Shown one piece after another: positions 63,290-64,000 of a stretch of 64,000 nucleotides of DNA (position 1 is the stretch's first letter; every line of letters begins with the position of its first letter). The stretch is from the human T2T-CHM13v2.0 reference genome, Homo sapiens. Where the stretch lies: NCBI RefSeq assembly GCF_009914755.1, contig NC_060948.1; one strand, 5' to 3'. The notes beneath the pieces were generated by a model. The model saw only the letters and a list, made by a program, of their open reading frames with translations, ran no database searches and was not told where the DNA came from. Both the position numbers and the translations under genes were made by a program.

Positions 63290-64000
63290 TTAAACATAAC
63301 TTAACGGTAAAAACTGACTATGGCGGCTTAGCCAAGGTACTTGAGTTTCCCTAAGGAGGGAGGGAGAGAGGAAGAGGAAAGCTGCCGGCATGAAGGAGAG
63401 AAACCGAGGTGAGGGGGAGGGGACAAAACAGGACGGGGAAGGGAAGGAGGCACAGTAGTTCACTCTGGAATGTTTTCTAGCCTGGGGTGGGTGGGGGGAC
63501 ACGGAGGGCAACTCAGGAAACAAGCTGATTCTGGAAAAGACACCGAATTCATAGTGTTGCCATCCCTGCTTTGAAAGGTGTGAAGTGCATGCTGCTTCCT
63601 CCACACTCATTCAGTTAATCCTGAGAAATGTCTTTTAGTCCCAAACGCCTGACATCTACCTGCTTTCACAACATCTGGGGAGAATCAGAAAAGTCCCCAC
63701 TAAAGAAAAGGCCTAGGGTGGAACTGCCGTCTGTAAAACCCAGGCAGAAGAGTCCACGCGGGTCAAACACACAAAGAATAGGAAGCAACTGATGAAGAAG
63801 ATCAACAATCTGGCCCAGCCAGAATCTCCAGAGGTTTTCTAGGCAACGATGGAGGGGATGAACGGATGGAGGTAGGGCGGGCCTCTGAGGGTTGGGGTAG
63901 GACTGAGGGGAGCAGAGAGAAGACACACTCACCCCTTACCATGGGCGGGCGGCCACGGCATCCTGTGAGCCTCCTAGACTTCAAAAACGGTGACAGCTAG
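63290..64000 (-). other. Probable further rDNA IGS-derived sequence
   Basis: Minus strand tgacccgcgtggactcttctgcctgggttttacagacggcagttccaccctaggcc...ggggacttttctgattctccccagatgttgtgaaagcaggtagat resembles recalled human IGS long-repeat sequence. Confidence 0.55.

Noticed and set aside
63930-63960. Minus-strand gccgcccgcccATG followed by GTAAG, resembling a first coding exon
   Set aside because: No downstream exons found and the surrounding sequence appears IGS-derived; likely chance.

Overview
Primate (human-like) repeat-rich genomic DNA with no intact protein-coding gene. It reads as a mosaic segmental-duplication block. 7.0-11.7 kb holds an unprocessed FAM166A/CIMIP2A-like pseudogene (+) tail-to-tail with an unprocessed TUBB8-type beta-tubulin pseudogene (-), whose promoter abuts a truncated ERV1 provirus (11.7-18.7 kb). 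19-50 kb is nested L1, MaLR, Alu and MER4-group debris, including a young twin-primed L1PA2-like insertion with a perfect 16-bp TSD. 50.0-52.9 kb holds two degenerate genomic 5S rDNA repeat units (D-boxes at -32, period 1910 bp, no Alu). 52.9-59.8 kb is a GC-rich ~190/204-bp gamma-satellite-like array with several internal inversions. 60.1-64 kb is a degenerate 45S rDNA fragment (IGS, T0 Sal box, UCE, core Pol I promoter and ~1.3 kb of 5'ETS) pointing into the satellite. The most unusual observation is this close linkage of 5S and 45S rDNA remnants across the satellite. Family assignments come from my recall of consensus sequences, not database searches. The layout resembles the human 4q35 and Yq11 TUBB/RNA5SP blocks (inference). 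I see no evidence for a novel coding system.
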